This document shows, piece by piece, positions 26,008 through 35,290 of a stretch of 57,744 nt of DNA (position 1 is the first letter of the stretch; each line of letters opens with the position of its first letter). Below the pieces are notes generated by a model. The model was not told the DNA's origin. It ran no database searches and saw nothing but the letters and a program-made list of their open reading frames with translations. The stretch comes from a virus (Duplodnaviria; Caudoviricetes), in IMG/VR virus record IMGVR_UViG_3300037245_001071, positions 1 to 57,744 of that record. One strand, given 5' to 3'. The translations under genes and the position numbers were made by a program.

Positions 26008-28406
26008 TGACTATTTTAAAACATTTAGGTATATTACTACATAAAGGTATTTTAGCCCAAAAAGGCATACTTTATGCTAATGGACTATTGCCGCCTGATG
26101 TTGGATTTCCGAATTATTACCAATGGGTATTTACTGGTAAATCTTCTGAAATAATTACTAAAGATGATCTTTGGTACTGGAAAAACTTCGGTATAGGAGG
26201 AGCTGCTGTAGATTTACAGATTACAGATACTCAGGTGTTGACTATTGGGACGGGGGTTAATCTAACTTTTGATAACTTAACAGGAATAGGAATAGAAGAA
26301 TATAGAGGGGAATCATTTTATAAAAATCAACAATTAATAGTTAATGTGGTTGCAGATACTTCTATAACTATAATAAATGACAAACATACTCATGTAATTA
26401 AACGAGTAATTAACGCACCGCTTCATTTAGATTATTGGTCTTATTATGAGTTTAAAAATGGTGAATTACAATTAATACAAGAATTATCAAATATAGGTGT
26501 TTATCAAATTGCTGGGAGTGGGACATTTACAGGCGAAGTTCACGGCTATGAGGAAACTATAACAAATGAGCTATTAATTGATGGTGTATCAATAGATATT
26601 GGTGTAACTGCTACTCATTACGGCAATATTGCTAAATATTCCGATAGTGCAAATATGCTCAATACTACAACATTTGCAAATCAGCGATTAAGAAATAAAT
26701 ATATTCAAATTGAATATGACAATGATGCTTTTGAAGTATATAATAAAATGACTGCATTAGTTGATATATCTTTAGATGTTGACTATCAAAATATGATAAC
26801 GCCTAGTTTATTTTATGATAAAATTAATGTTGATAATGTGGATTATGATCCGACAGTTGCAAGACCAACAATAATTGATACAATTGTACCTGTAACGTAC
26901 TCTACAAATAACGGCAATTATTTAGAATTAACAGAAACTATTTTACAAACAAATGCACCAACTGCTAAAATATCATTTGGTACTAATCCAATAAATTATA
27001 AGCTGTATTGGGGTCATATATTTGAGGGTGGTGCACCGGTAGTATATTTAACAGGTGAGGTTGCAGAATCATTAGTTTCTATTAGAGTTTATGATATACC
27101 AGTTGTACCAACAAATAAATATAAAATCGCACTAAATAAAGTGACAAAAGATAGGCTGATTGTTGAAAGATTATCCAGCGAAGTATTAGGCAAAGATTAT
27201 AATATAGGCTTTAGTTTTTATGTAGCGTCTGCACCTACTGCTGATGGTTGGATATTTAGCGAAACAGATTTGTCTAGTGCAGGTTTTTGGGTTAGGCTGA
27301 GAACAACAGGCGTTTTAAATGTTAGATTATATACTGGAGGTGTATCTGAAGAATTTAATACAAGTGCAATTACTTTTGGCGCATGGAATAAAATCGAATA
27401 TAATAATGATAAATTAATAGTGAATGATGTATTAGTAAACACATTTGTTAATTTAGGTGGGGATTATACAATTGACTCCTTGCCTATGTTTAATATACTA
27501 AATTATGGATTACCTGGATACACGGGTCAGATAGATATTCAATATAGAGATATAATTTACCGAGGCGAGAGGTATTATACAAATGAGGGCGAAGGTCGTT
27601 ATTTATATGGCGAAAGAGGTTCTATAATTGGGATATATCAAGAAGCTACCTTAAGTGAATCTAAATGGGTTTTAGATGCTGCAAAACCTGATCCAACATA
27701 TGAAGGATACTACAACCGTATTGGATGGACAGATGATGCAGTACCAAGACTTAATGTTAATGATATTGATTTTACAGCAGGTTTATTAAGTTATCTAAAG
27801 TTAGATGATGGTACTGAATTATGGATGCAAGATGCAACAGGAGTTGTCATTAAAGACCGCTTAGGACTTAATGACGGTACTCTAATTGGAGCAAACCAAG
27901 CTGAGGCTTGGGGCACTAAAAGCGCACTAGCAAAACCAGCTCTAAGTATATATGGTGGAGAAATTTATGAAGATGATGCACATCCTGGGGATTCTGATTA
28001 TTATTTATATGTCATAAAAGGGGTCGATGGGTTCTTTAATCCTACAGTTTCAGGATATACAAATATAGGTCAATTTGAACCAAACAAAGGCTTTTGGAAT
28101 ACAGGTAAGGTTAAACAACCTAGTGGAGATGCAGGAATGTTTGCATTAACAAAAGCTTATCCAGAATTAGATATATTTTATGGAGCCACTAAAGATGATC
28201 CATTAGAGGTTACGCATGATCAATTAATGGCTATTGATTTATCAGGAATACCAGAAGCAGATTTCCGACTAACAAAATCAGATGATGGAAAGTATATTAA
28301 GGATATGGCTAGTGAGCCTTATGAACAATCATTCGATAAAGATACAGATTTACCTCTTTATGATAAAGATACAGATTTACCTATATATCAAATAAAAACA
28401 TTTTAA
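26007..28406 (+). CDS. large virion/receptor-binding protein with LamG-like domain
   Basis: Beta-rich 799 aa; GWIFS...FWVRL...GAWNKI...LIVND; EGEG; C-terminal DKDTDLP x2. Confidence 0.6.
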   Translation: MTILKHLGILLHKGILAQKGILYANGLLPPDVGFPNYYQWVFTGKSSEIITKDDLWYWKNFGIGGAAVDLQITDTQVLTIGTGVNLTFDNLTGIGIEEYRGESFYKNQQLIVNVVADTSITIINDKHTHVIKRVINAPLHLDYWSYYEFKNGELQLIQELSNIGVYQIAGSGTFTGEVHGYEETITNELLIDGVSIDIGVTATHYGNIAKYSDSANMLNTTTFANQRLRNKYIQIEYDNDAFEVYNKMTALVDISLDVDYQNMITPSLFYDKINVDNVDYDPTVARPTIIDTIVPVTYSTNNGNYLELTETILQTNAPTAKISFGTNPINYKLYWGHIFEGGAPVVYLTGEVAESLVSIRVYDIPVVPTNKYKIALNKVTKDRLIVERLSSEVLGKDYNIGFSFYVASAPTADGWIFSETDLSSAGFWVRLRTTGVLNVRLYTGGVSEEFNTSAITFGAWNKIEYNNDKLIVNDVLVNTFVNLGGDYTIDSLPMFNILNYGLPGYTGQIDIQYRDIIYRGERYYTNEGEGRYLYGERGSIIGIYQEATLSESKWVLDAAKPDPTYEGYYNRIGWTDDAVPRLNVNDIDFTAGLLSYLKLDDGTELWMQDATGVVIKDRLGLNDGTLIGANQAEAWGTKSALAKPALSIYGGEIYEDDAHPGDSDYYLYVIKGVDGFFNPTVSGYTNIGQFEPNKGFWNTGKVKQPSGDAGMFALTKAYPELDIFYGATKDDPLEVTHDQLMAIDLSGIPEADFRLTKSDDGKYIKDMASEPYEQSFDKDTDLPLYDKDTDLPIYQIKTF

Positions 28407-28408
28407 TT

Positions 28409-30127
28409 ATGGCATTAAAAGCATATTTGCAAGATAAGCTTGCATCGGGAGATATAGAAGCTATATTACGTAAATTAAGTGATGATAATTCTTACTATGT
28501 AGATACGGTAGGGCTTGATGTATTTAACATTTATTCGGAAGATGATTTTCCAACACCCGTTGGTGACGCTAGTACATTGATAAGTGGTAAGTATGTAATG
28601 AAAAAATCATTTACATTATCCACTATCAAAAGATTTAACTGCGCTTTAGGCTCTATAATTGAATGGACTAGCGATGACAAAGAAAATCACACGCTTACAA
28701 GTGACCATGATAATGAAACTCTTTTTAATCTAATACTTGGTTCAAGATTTAAGTGCGATCACGCATCATTTGTAATAGGTGGAGATAATGCTACTTTCCT
28801 AAGCATAGCTGGCAATAATTACAATTCTAAATTTAATGATTTTAGAGTTACTTTTACAGGAACCGGTTCTGCTATTGGTGGAGCATTTAATACATTTGAA
28901 GGAACTAATGAATTTTTAGATGGAACCTTTGCAGGTTTTAAAGATGGGTTGGTTATAAATAACACTGGTGGAACTCAGGTTATCGGAGTGTTGTTTATTT
29001 CAGATTTTACAGGTGATGATGCAATATTAAAAGCAATTAACATTCCTGCGTTGGCAGTTAATTTTAATACCAATGTATTTATCGGTAGTGCTTCTCAATC
29101 GAATTATTATCTTGATCCGACTATTGAAGTTCCTATGCAAGTTCAGAATAACATAACAGCAGGAGCTTTAACAACATTCTTTAAATCAGGAAGTACAGGA
29201 GCTTTTACGGCTGTTGCTGATGCATCAATAGGAGCTACTAATATAACATCTGTTACGGATTCAAGCGGAATAGCTAGGTTTAATTTTACAGGCGGTACGC
29301 TCTATCAATATCAAGAGATAGTTAATTCTACATTCACTACTAACCCAGATTATAATGGCACTTATATTATATCTGCTACAGATGGAACAACTTATTTTGA
29401 AATAGCAAGTATAGAGTTTGGAAGCGATGAAACTGGTAGCTTTTTGAGTAATTCAGTTACATTAACAGAATCCGGAACAACATTAACAGATGGTGAAACT
29501 ATCTTATTAGATACTGATTTAAGCACAATGTATGATTGTGGAACATATGTTTACAATAAACAAACCAATAGTGTACAAGTAAATAAAACGTGGGTATCTA
29601 CTATTACCGGAACATGGGATTCAGGCTCTTTAACTGAAAATAGTAAATATGTAAATGCTTCAGGGAATGGTGCTCAACCTGACAGTCAAACAGGAAGTGC
29701 TATATCTGTTAAAGGAAATATTGCGGGCGCAACCGATACAACAACAACAACTAATTGGGGACCACTAAATCTAGGGACTGCAATTGAAGGTGGTTTAGAA
29801 AGCAGAACTAAACTATTAGACGCTGCTACTGGTGAACGAGAATATACAGATTTAACTCCACTTTCAATAGCTGGTAATATATCTATGTCGGTTGTTAAAT
29901 CAGGGGGAGCAGTAGAGCATGTTTTTAGGATGATAAAAACCATTGATACAGAAAGTGATCCGTTTGATGATGTAGAAATGGAAAGAAGTATAACCACTGT
30001 TACGGGATCGGTAGGATTTCCATTTTCAGGAACATTATACCCAGGAGATAGATTTAGATCAGAGGTTAAAGCTATTGCCACACCTTCTACTATCACTATA
30101 TTGTCTTATTCAGATACACTTAAATAA
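28409..30127 (+). CDS. putative tail spike/virion protein
   Basis: 572 aa, Thr/Ser/Gly-rich, beta-helix-like N-terminal half. Confidence 0.6.
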   Translation: MALKAYLQDKLASGDIEAILRKLSDDNSYYVDTVGLDVFNIYSEDDFPTPVGDASTLISGKYVMKKSFTLSTIKRFNCALGSIIEWTSDDKENHTLTSDHDNETLFNLILGSRFKCDHASFVIGGDNATFLSIAGNNYNSKFNDFRVTFTGTGSAIGGAFNTFEGTNEFLDGTFAGFKDGLVINNTGGTQVIGVLFISDFTGDDAILKAINIPALAVNFNTNVFIGSASQSNYYLDPTIEVPMQVQNNITAGALTTFFKSGSTGAFTAVADASIGATNITSVTDSSGIARFNFTGGTLYQYQEIVNSTFTTNPDYNGTYIISATDGTTYFEIASIEFGSDETGSFLSNSVTLTESGTTLTDGETILLDTDLSTMYDCGTYVYNKQTNSVQVNKTWVSTITGTWDSGSLTENSKYVNASGNGAQPDSQTGSAISVKGNIAGATDTTTTTNWGPLNLGTAIEGGLESRTKLLDAATGEREYTDLTPLSIAGNISMSVVKSGGAVEHVFRMIKTIDTESDPFDDVEMERSITTVTGSVGFPFSGTLYPGDRFRSEVKAIATPSTITILSYSDTLK

Positions 30128-30135
30128 GTGAAATT

Positions 30136-30489
30136 ATGATTTCTATTTGGAAACCAAAAACATACTATTTCATCAAACTTCCAGTTGAAAAATTATTGGA
30201 ACGTTTGGATGTTATGTTAGTGGATATAATGGGATACGACCCTGAAACAGAATGGGTACTTGAAGATGTTGCCAGGGGTGTAAAATATCTGGCAAACAAT
30301 GAAATGGCTATTGGTATTCAAATTAATAGTGCTACGAGTACCAGAGATACAAAAAGATTAGGAATCAATACTCGTGGAGTAGATAAGTATATTACATCGC
30401 AATTTTTTGATTTAGCCAAATATATGCTTCAGGTAGATAAATTTTTAACAGAGGATGAATATTTGAAACTCGAAAGCATAGAAAATTAA
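30136..30489 (+). CDS. hypothetical protein
   Basis: 117-aa ORF at the end of the tail module. Confidence 0.6.
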   Translation: MISIWKPKTYYFIKLPVEKLLERLDVMLVDIMGYDPETEWVLEDVARGVKYLANNEMAIGIQINSATSTRDTKRLGINTRGVDKYITSQFFDLAKYMLQVDKFLTEDEYLKLESIEN

Positions 30490-30510
30490 TATTAACTTTA
30501 TATATAAATC

Positions 30511-30594
30511 ATGGGAGTGCCAGAAAAACCAGTAAAGCCAAAAAAGAAAACAACAGGAACCAAAAGCGTTCCAGAAAAGCCAGTAAAAAAGTAA
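30511..30594 (+). CDS. 27-aa basic peptide MGVPEKPVKPKKKTTGTKSVPEKPVKK
   Basis: Read by hand. Internal VPEKPVK duplication; stop abuts the next ATG. Confidence 0.45.
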   Translation: MGVPEKPVKPKKKTTGTKSVPEKPVKK

Positions 30595-30954
30595 ATGAAA
30601 GAATATTATAAAATATTGCCAATTGGATTATTTATCATTGCGCAGTGTGCATATGATAATTTAGCACCATTAGAAAGTACTAATTGGTCTATATTTTATT
30701 TTGTTTCTCAACATTTATCATGGCTTTTATTGTGTTTATTTTTTGCAAAAGGAAAGCGATTTATTAAAAGGTTGCCTTACTATGCTTTAGCAGTAGCTTA
30801 TTTACTTCACATAATCCGATTGTTATTTAAAATTAACATGGAATATTCTCTATTTAGAGAATCGGTAAACAACTACGAGGGTAATCTTTTAATAAGTGCA
30901 TTAACAATTTCATTATTAATTATTCCTATTATATGGTACAAGCAAAAGAAATAA
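30595..30954 (+). CDS. multi-TM membrane protein (holin candidate)
   Basis: 3-4 hydrophobic segments, upstream of the endolysin. Confidence 0.55.
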   Translation: MKEYYKILPIGLFIIAQCAYDNLAPLESTNWSIFYFVSQHLSWLLLCLFFAKGKRFIKRLPYYALAVAYLLHIIRLLFKINMEYSLFRESVNNYEGNLLISALTISLLIIPIIWYKQKK

Positions 30955-31283
30955 TGAGGCTTGTTGTAGCTTCTTTTATTACAGTATTAATAACACTTAC
31001 GCTAACTGGTGCGTTTAGTCAGAATACAAAAATAAACGATGCAGCAACAACTGATGATTTGGAGAAAATGGAAACTGATGTTAATGAATATACCGATAAG
31101 CAAATTGCCATTCATGAAGAAAAGGAAATGATACGGTATACTAATTTCACGGTTACATTAGAAAAGATGTATAAAAAGGTAGATGAAATGCATGATAAAA
31201 TAATAGTTCACGAGGTTAAAATTAACGATCCTGCATTTAAAACCCGTGGAGAAGCTAAAAGCCCAAAATATAAAGGATTTTAA
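30933..31283 (+). CDS. single-TM coiled-coil protein (lysis region)
   Basis: N-terminal TM followed by a helical domain. Confidence 0.55.
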   Translation: MVQAKEIMRLVVASFITVLITLTLTGAFSQNTKINDAATTDDLEKMETDVNEYTDKQIAIHEEKEMIRYTNFTVTLEKMYKKVDEMHDKIIVHEVKINDPAFKTRGEAKSPKYKGF

Positions 31284-31285
31284 TT

Positions 31286-31786
31286 ATGAAATATTTAGAA
31301 ACATTTACACAAGGGAATCATTCGTCAGGTAGGTTTATAAATCCAATAGGTGTTGTATTGCATCATAATTATTTATTGAAAGATGATTTAATTAAGCAAA
31401 TGACCGAATCAAAACCAACTATTAGCACGGGTGAAACCATAAATGGGGCTTCTTATCATTGTGTAGGATGGAAGGATGGAACCAGAACGGTATTTGCAAA
31501 AGATAATCAAAGGGCATGGCATGCAGGGGCTAGTGAATTTAATGGTAGAAAACATTGCAATAATTTCATGTTGGGATATAGTTTTCATATTAACAGCAAT
31601 AGGGAGCCGTTAACAGCTGCACAAATTGAAAGTTTTATTGAGTGGTTGATACCTAGAATAGAGGCGTGGGGTATTAAAAAAAGCGATATTACAGACCATA
31701 GAAATGTTGCACCTGGTAGAAAGGTTGATTTAAACCCTGTTGAATTTAAAAGAATATTAACAGCGATTGATAAACTTTGGTTATGA
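31286..31786 (+). CDS. endolysin, N-acetylmuramoyl-L-alanine amidase (Amidase_2)
   Basis: GVVLHH, ASYH, RAWHAG.S, N..MLG, TDHRNVAPGRKVD. Confidence 0.92.
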   Translation: MKYLETFTQGNHSSGRFINPIGVVLHHNYLLKDDLIKQMTESKPTISTGETINGASYHCVGWKDGTRTVFAKDNQRAWHAGASEFNGRKHCNNFMLGYSFHINSNREPLTAAQIESFIEWLIPRIEAWGIKKSDITDHRNVAPGRKVDLNPVEFKRILTAIDKLWL

Positions 31787-32019
31787 GCGCATTAACAGGA
31801 TTTTTAATAGGTAGTTTAATATTCACATTTTTAGGATCGTTTCTAGGAGCGTTTTTAGTGTATAAATTCAATCCAAAAGACATTACATACCTAATTAAGA
31901 AGTTAAGGGCTAAAAAGGGCGGTGTAATTGATATAAATCAGGATATTGAACAACCTGAACCAGAAGTAAAACAAAAACGTAAATTTTTTAATCTAAAACA
32001 TAGGAGGAAAAACAAATGA
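31783..32019 (+). CDS. single-TM protein (lysis region)
   Basis: Hydrophobic N-terminus and basic tail. Confidence 0.55.
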   Translation: MSALTGFLIGSLIFTFLGSFLGAFLVYKFNPKDITYLIKKLRAKKGGVIDINQDIEQPEPEVKQKRKFFNLKHRRKNK

Positions 32020-32288
32020 TTGATTTATTAAAAAGTGTTGATTTAGGAACGATTGTTACAATCGTAGTATCGTTAATTGCAACTTTTGCCGGTGGATTCT
32101 GGATAAAGGGAAAAGGTAAGCTGTTATTAATCGGAAAACTAGTAAAAGAAACTTTAGATGTTATTGATGCGTTCAATGATGCTCTAAAGGACGATAAGAT
32201 TGATAAGAAAGAACTGGAACGCATAAAAACTCAATTTAACGAACTAAAGGCAGTATTCAAAGACCTATTTGCAAAGCAAGTAGAATAA
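32016..32288 (+). CDS. holin-like membrane protein
   Basis: TM segment followed by ALKDDKIDKKE. Confidence 0.55.
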   Translation: MIDLLKSVDLGTIVTIVVSLIATFAGGFWIKGKGKLLLIGKLVKETLDVIDAFNDALKDDKIDKKELERIKTQFNELKAVFKDLFAKQVE

Positions 32289-32311
32289 AGAAGTTTTTCA
32301 TGTTGTGTTGA

Positions 32312-32342
32312 GGTCCTGCAATTTCGGTTGCGGGGCTTTTTT
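32312..32342 (+). terminator. intrinsic terminator ending the late/lysis operon
   Basis: GGTCCTGCAAT-TTCG-GTTGCGGGGCT plus T-run. Confidence 0.85.
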
Positions 32343-32372
32343 GTTAATTGGATATTTAGTTGTAATTTTACA

Positions 32373-32626
32373 AAGTATTCATTGACATTATTAGTAAAAC
32401 AATTTGGACGCGGGTTTGATCCCCGCCATCTCCACAACACAGTTATAAAGTAAGAGGTTGCCAACAACTCTTTAACCTGGCAAAAGGGGATGACTGACTT
32501 AGACAGGTTGCAAGTATGAATAATTGAGAGTACAAAACAATAACTAACAAAACAATAACACACGATTTTGCACCGCTAAGAGCAGTTGCATAATCAAGAA
32601 TTAGCCCCACTTTACGGGGCTTTTTT
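32373..32626 (+). ncRNA. ssrA: circularly permuted (two-piece) tmRNA
   Basis: The acceptor piece comes first: GGAC-GCGGG-TTTGATC-CCCGC-CATCTCC-A (32406-32434). The 5' piece GGGGATG (32486-32492) pairs 7/7 with it, including G3.U70. Tag frame 32546-32593 encodes NKTITHDFAPLRAVA. Confidence 0.88.
32603..32626 (+). terminator. terminator after the tmRNA tag frame
   Basis: AGCCCC-ACTTTAC-GGGGCT plus T-run. Confidence 0.85.
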
Positions 32627-32658
32627 CGTTTATAATAAATAAAAATCATTAGTTTTGC

Positions 32659-32688
32659 TTGTAGAATAAACAAAAAGTATTACTTTAG
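32659..32688 (+). promoter_or_regulatory. promoter TTG-N19-TACTTTAG for the early/replication operon
   Basis: Near-consensus Bacteroidota elements with correct spacing. Confidence 0.5.
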
Positions 32689-32710
32689 CCATGCAAATAA
32701 AACAAATCAT

Positions 32711-32962
32711 ATGATAAACAACATTGAGCACTTTATCGAAAAGAAGTATGGAAAAGGTAAACGTAGGCGTTTTGCTATGGACTTATGGCCCGATCTTAAA
32801 AGCGAAAGCAATAATGATAAGATTGCACTTAATGGCAAAGTAAAGGGATTAATAGATAGTGATCCTAGGACACTTAAGTATGATTTGCTTGATAAAATAA
32901 CAAAGCTATTAGATTTAACTAAAATGCAAGAATTATGGTTGCCACTCGAAAACGACAAGTAA
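32711..32962 (+). CDS. putative Cro-like HTH regulator
   Basis: First gene after the promoter; RRFAMDLW...LKYDLLDKITKLL helical pattern. Confidence 0.45.
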   Translation: MINNIEHFIEKKYGKGKRRRFAMDLWPDLKSESNNDKIALNGKVKGLIDSDPRTLKYDLLDKITKLLDLTKMQELWLPLENDK

Positions 32963-33120
32963 GACTACTAACAGCATTCATGTTTATCTTTGCTGTACTC
33001 TTTTTATGGATATTTTTTGACAAAAACATACCCTTAAAAGAAACAATAGTAGGTTGCGCTGTATTGGGATCAATATTTGGATTATTAGCTATTGATTATA
33101 TTAAAGTTCTAAATAGATAA
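32935..33120 (+). CDS. small 2-TM membrane protein
   Basis: Two hydrophobic segments. Confidence 0.55.
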   Translation: MVATRKRQVRLLTAFMFIFAVLFLWIFFDKNIPLKETIVGCAVLGSIFGLLAIDYIKVLNR

Positions 33121-33122
33121 TT

Positions 33123-33425
33123 ATGAGAATAACAAAAGTAAATTATTCACGAGTGTTTTCGATGCCAAATTATGAGAATAAAAAAGTAGGCGTTGAAATT
33201 GAAGTACACGAAACCGACAATCCATCAGAGATTATGATAGAAGCAATTAATTTCGTAGAAACACAAAATCCTGAAAGAGAGTTGTTGGTAAAAAAAGAAA
33301 AAACCGACATAGCATATCGTAATGCTAAGGTGGTATTAAATAACATGCCTCAACACGATCTTGATAAGTGCATAGAGGCTACTCGAATAGTTCGCGAATA
33401 CGAATATAAGGATTTGCCATTTTAA
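33123..33425 (+). CDS. hypothetical protein ending DLPF
   Basis: NYENKKVGVE motif; SSB-like C-terminal tip. Confidence 0.65.
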   Translation: MRITKVNYSRVFSMPNYENKKVGVEIEVHETDNPSEIMIEAINFVETQNPERELLVKKEKTDIAYRNAKVVLNNMPQHDLDKCIEATRIVREYEYKDLPF

Positions 33426-33461
33426 ACAATAGGAAATATAAACGATAAATAAAAAACACAC

Positions 33462-34484
33462 ATGAAAAACGAAATTAAATTAGTGCAAGTCCCGAAAATA
33501 CAGCACAACATTATCGAGACAGGCAAGGAGATTCAAAAGTATATTGAACAACTCAATATTGAGAATCAAGTAGTAACAGAAGATACTATTCAGGCATTAA
33601 AAACTATTCATTCAGATTTAAACAAGATTGAAACCGTTTGTGAGGATAACCGAAAGGCAGTAAAAAAAGGTTGTTTGTCTCCATACGATGAATTAATGGA
33701 ATCGTATAAATCTCAAATAACTGAACCATTAACCAAAGCTAAGAAGTCGGCAAAAGATAAAATTCAGACTTTCGAAAATACCCTAAAAGACGAAAAGAAA
33801 AAGGAACTTGAAATATACTTTGTTGAGTTGTGTGCGGACCAAAGCGTTGACTTTCTTAAATTCGAAGATGCAAAGCTAAACATCAATATTACCAATACGG
33901 TTACCAAGCTTAAAAAAGAATCAAATACATTTGTTTTAAAGGTAGCTGATGATTTAGTGTTGATTGCTTCGCAGGAATATAGCATAGAAATTCTAGTAGA
34001 GTACAAAAAAACGCTTAATTCATCAAAAGCGATTACTGATGTCTTAACAAGAAAAGAAGCTGAAAAACAAGCTAAAATACAAGCCGAGCAAAAACAATGG
34101 GATAGAAAGGTTTCGGAACTTCGTAATATTTCAATGACTTATAATTCTGTAACAAAAACATTCGATTATAATGAGCTTATTTTTGTAAAAGAAAGTGAAA
34201 TTAAGGAATTATCAAAAGATAAATTTACAGCTTGTATTGCAGGTTTTAAAGGTAGGATTGAAGAGTATATAGAGGCTAATAAACCTAAAATTGAGGCACC
34301 AACAGAAAGTACTGTAAAAATACAAGTGCTTAAAAAACCAGCCGCTCCTATTCAAAAGCCTGTTGAGCAATTAGAAAAAGAGGAAATACTTGAATCTGAA
34401 TTTAGGGTTAAAACTACCATGGCTAAATTAAGGTTATTAGCTACATTCCTTGATGAAAACGAAATTGAATACGAATCTTTATAA
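33462..34484 (+). CDS. DUF1351-family protein
   Basis: VTEDT...LNK...RKAVKK...PY; adjacent to recT. Confidence 0.8.
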   Translation: MKNEIKLVQVPKIQHNIIETGKEIQKYIEQLNIENQVVTEDTIQALKTIHSDLNKIETVCEDNRKAVKKGCLSPYDELMESYKSQITEPLTKAKKSAKDKIQTFENTLKDEKKKELEIYFVELCADQSVDFLKFEDAKLNINITNTVTKLKKESNTFVLKVADDLVLIASQEYSIEILVEYKKTLNSSKAITDVLTRKEAEKQAKIQAEQKQWDRKVSELRNISMTYNSVTKTFDYNELIFVKESEIKELSKDKFTACIAGFKGRIEEYIEANKPKIEAPTESTVKIQVLKKPAAPIQKPVEQLEKEEILESEFRVKTTMAKLRLLATFLDENEIEYESL

Positions 34485-34494
34485 ATCTGTAATT

Positions 34495-35280
34495 ATGACT
34501 GTACCAGCGAAACAAACAGTAGGCAATTATCTAAATATGCCTAATACAAAGAAGTTCTTAGAGGATAATTTGAACGAAAAGAAATCAGAATTTGTAAGTA
34601 ATTTACTTGCATTAGTTGATGGAGATAATAAGCTTGCAGAATGTGACCCCAAAAAGCTTGTTATGTGTGCCATGAACGCTACAGCTTTAAACCTACCATT
34701 AAACAAGAATCTTGGTTATGCTTATGTTATTCCATACAAAGGTATTCCGAGCTTTCAAATAGGTTACAAGGGATTAATACAATTGGCCATTCGCTCAGGT
34801 CAATATAAATATTTAAACGCTTGTGAAATAAAAGAGGGTGAAATTGAACGCAATAAAATAACCGGTGTTATTAAATTCATTGGAGAAAACGAAACAGGAA
34901 AAACAATAGGTTATCTGGCTTATTTAGAACTAAACACAGGCTTTACAGCATCGGCGTATATGACATTGGCACAAATAGAAGCTCATGCGGTTAGATTCTC
35001 TAAAATGTATGCAAATGATTTAAGATATAAATCAGCTAAAAGTAAATGGTCCGACCCTTTGGCACGTCCTAAAATGGCATTAAAAACAGTTTTAAAATCA
35101 TTACTTGGAACATGGGGTATTATGTCAACAGAAATGCAAAAGGCTTTTGAAAATGATACAGAACATGAAGGTGATAGTGGTAATTTTAGGGATATTACAC
35201 CCTTACAGGAGGAAGATCCAAAGCCACAAACAGACGGCAAAAAGAAGGTTAATTTAAAGGATTTGGATAAAAATAAATAA
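34495..35280 (+). CDS. recT: RecT-family single-strand annealing protein
   Basis: LNLPLNKNLGYAYVIPY...FQIGYKGLIQLAIRSGQY...MALKTVLK. Confidence 0.93.
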   Translation: MTVPAKQTVGNYLNMPNTKKFLEDNLNEKKSEFVSNLLALVDGDNKLAECDPKKLVMCAMNATALNLPLNKNLGYAYVIPYKGIPSFQIGYKGLIQLAIRSGQYKYLNACEIKEGEIERNKITGVIKFIGENETGKTIGYLAYLELNTGFTASAYMTLAQIEAHAVRFSKMYANDLRYKSAKSKWSDPLARPKMALKTVLKSLLGTWGIMSTEMQKAFENDTEHEGDSGNFRDITPLQEEDPKPQTDGKKKVNLKDLDKNK

Positions 35281-35290
35281 AAATTGAATT

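Noticed and set aside
24301-30127. Diversity-generating retroelement acting on tail fibres
   Set aside because: No reverse transcriptase and no TR/VR pair with adenine-specific mismatches was seen.
32406-32434. tmRNA 3' end as merely an attP fragment or a tRNA gene
   Set aside because: A complementary 5' half, inter-piece helices, tag frame and terminator are all present. There is no anticodon arm and no adjacent integrase.
32231-32673. Minus-strand ORFs containing WRWRGSNPRP
   Set aside because: This is the typical antisense translation of a tRNA/tmRNA T-arm and is explained by the tmRNA gene.
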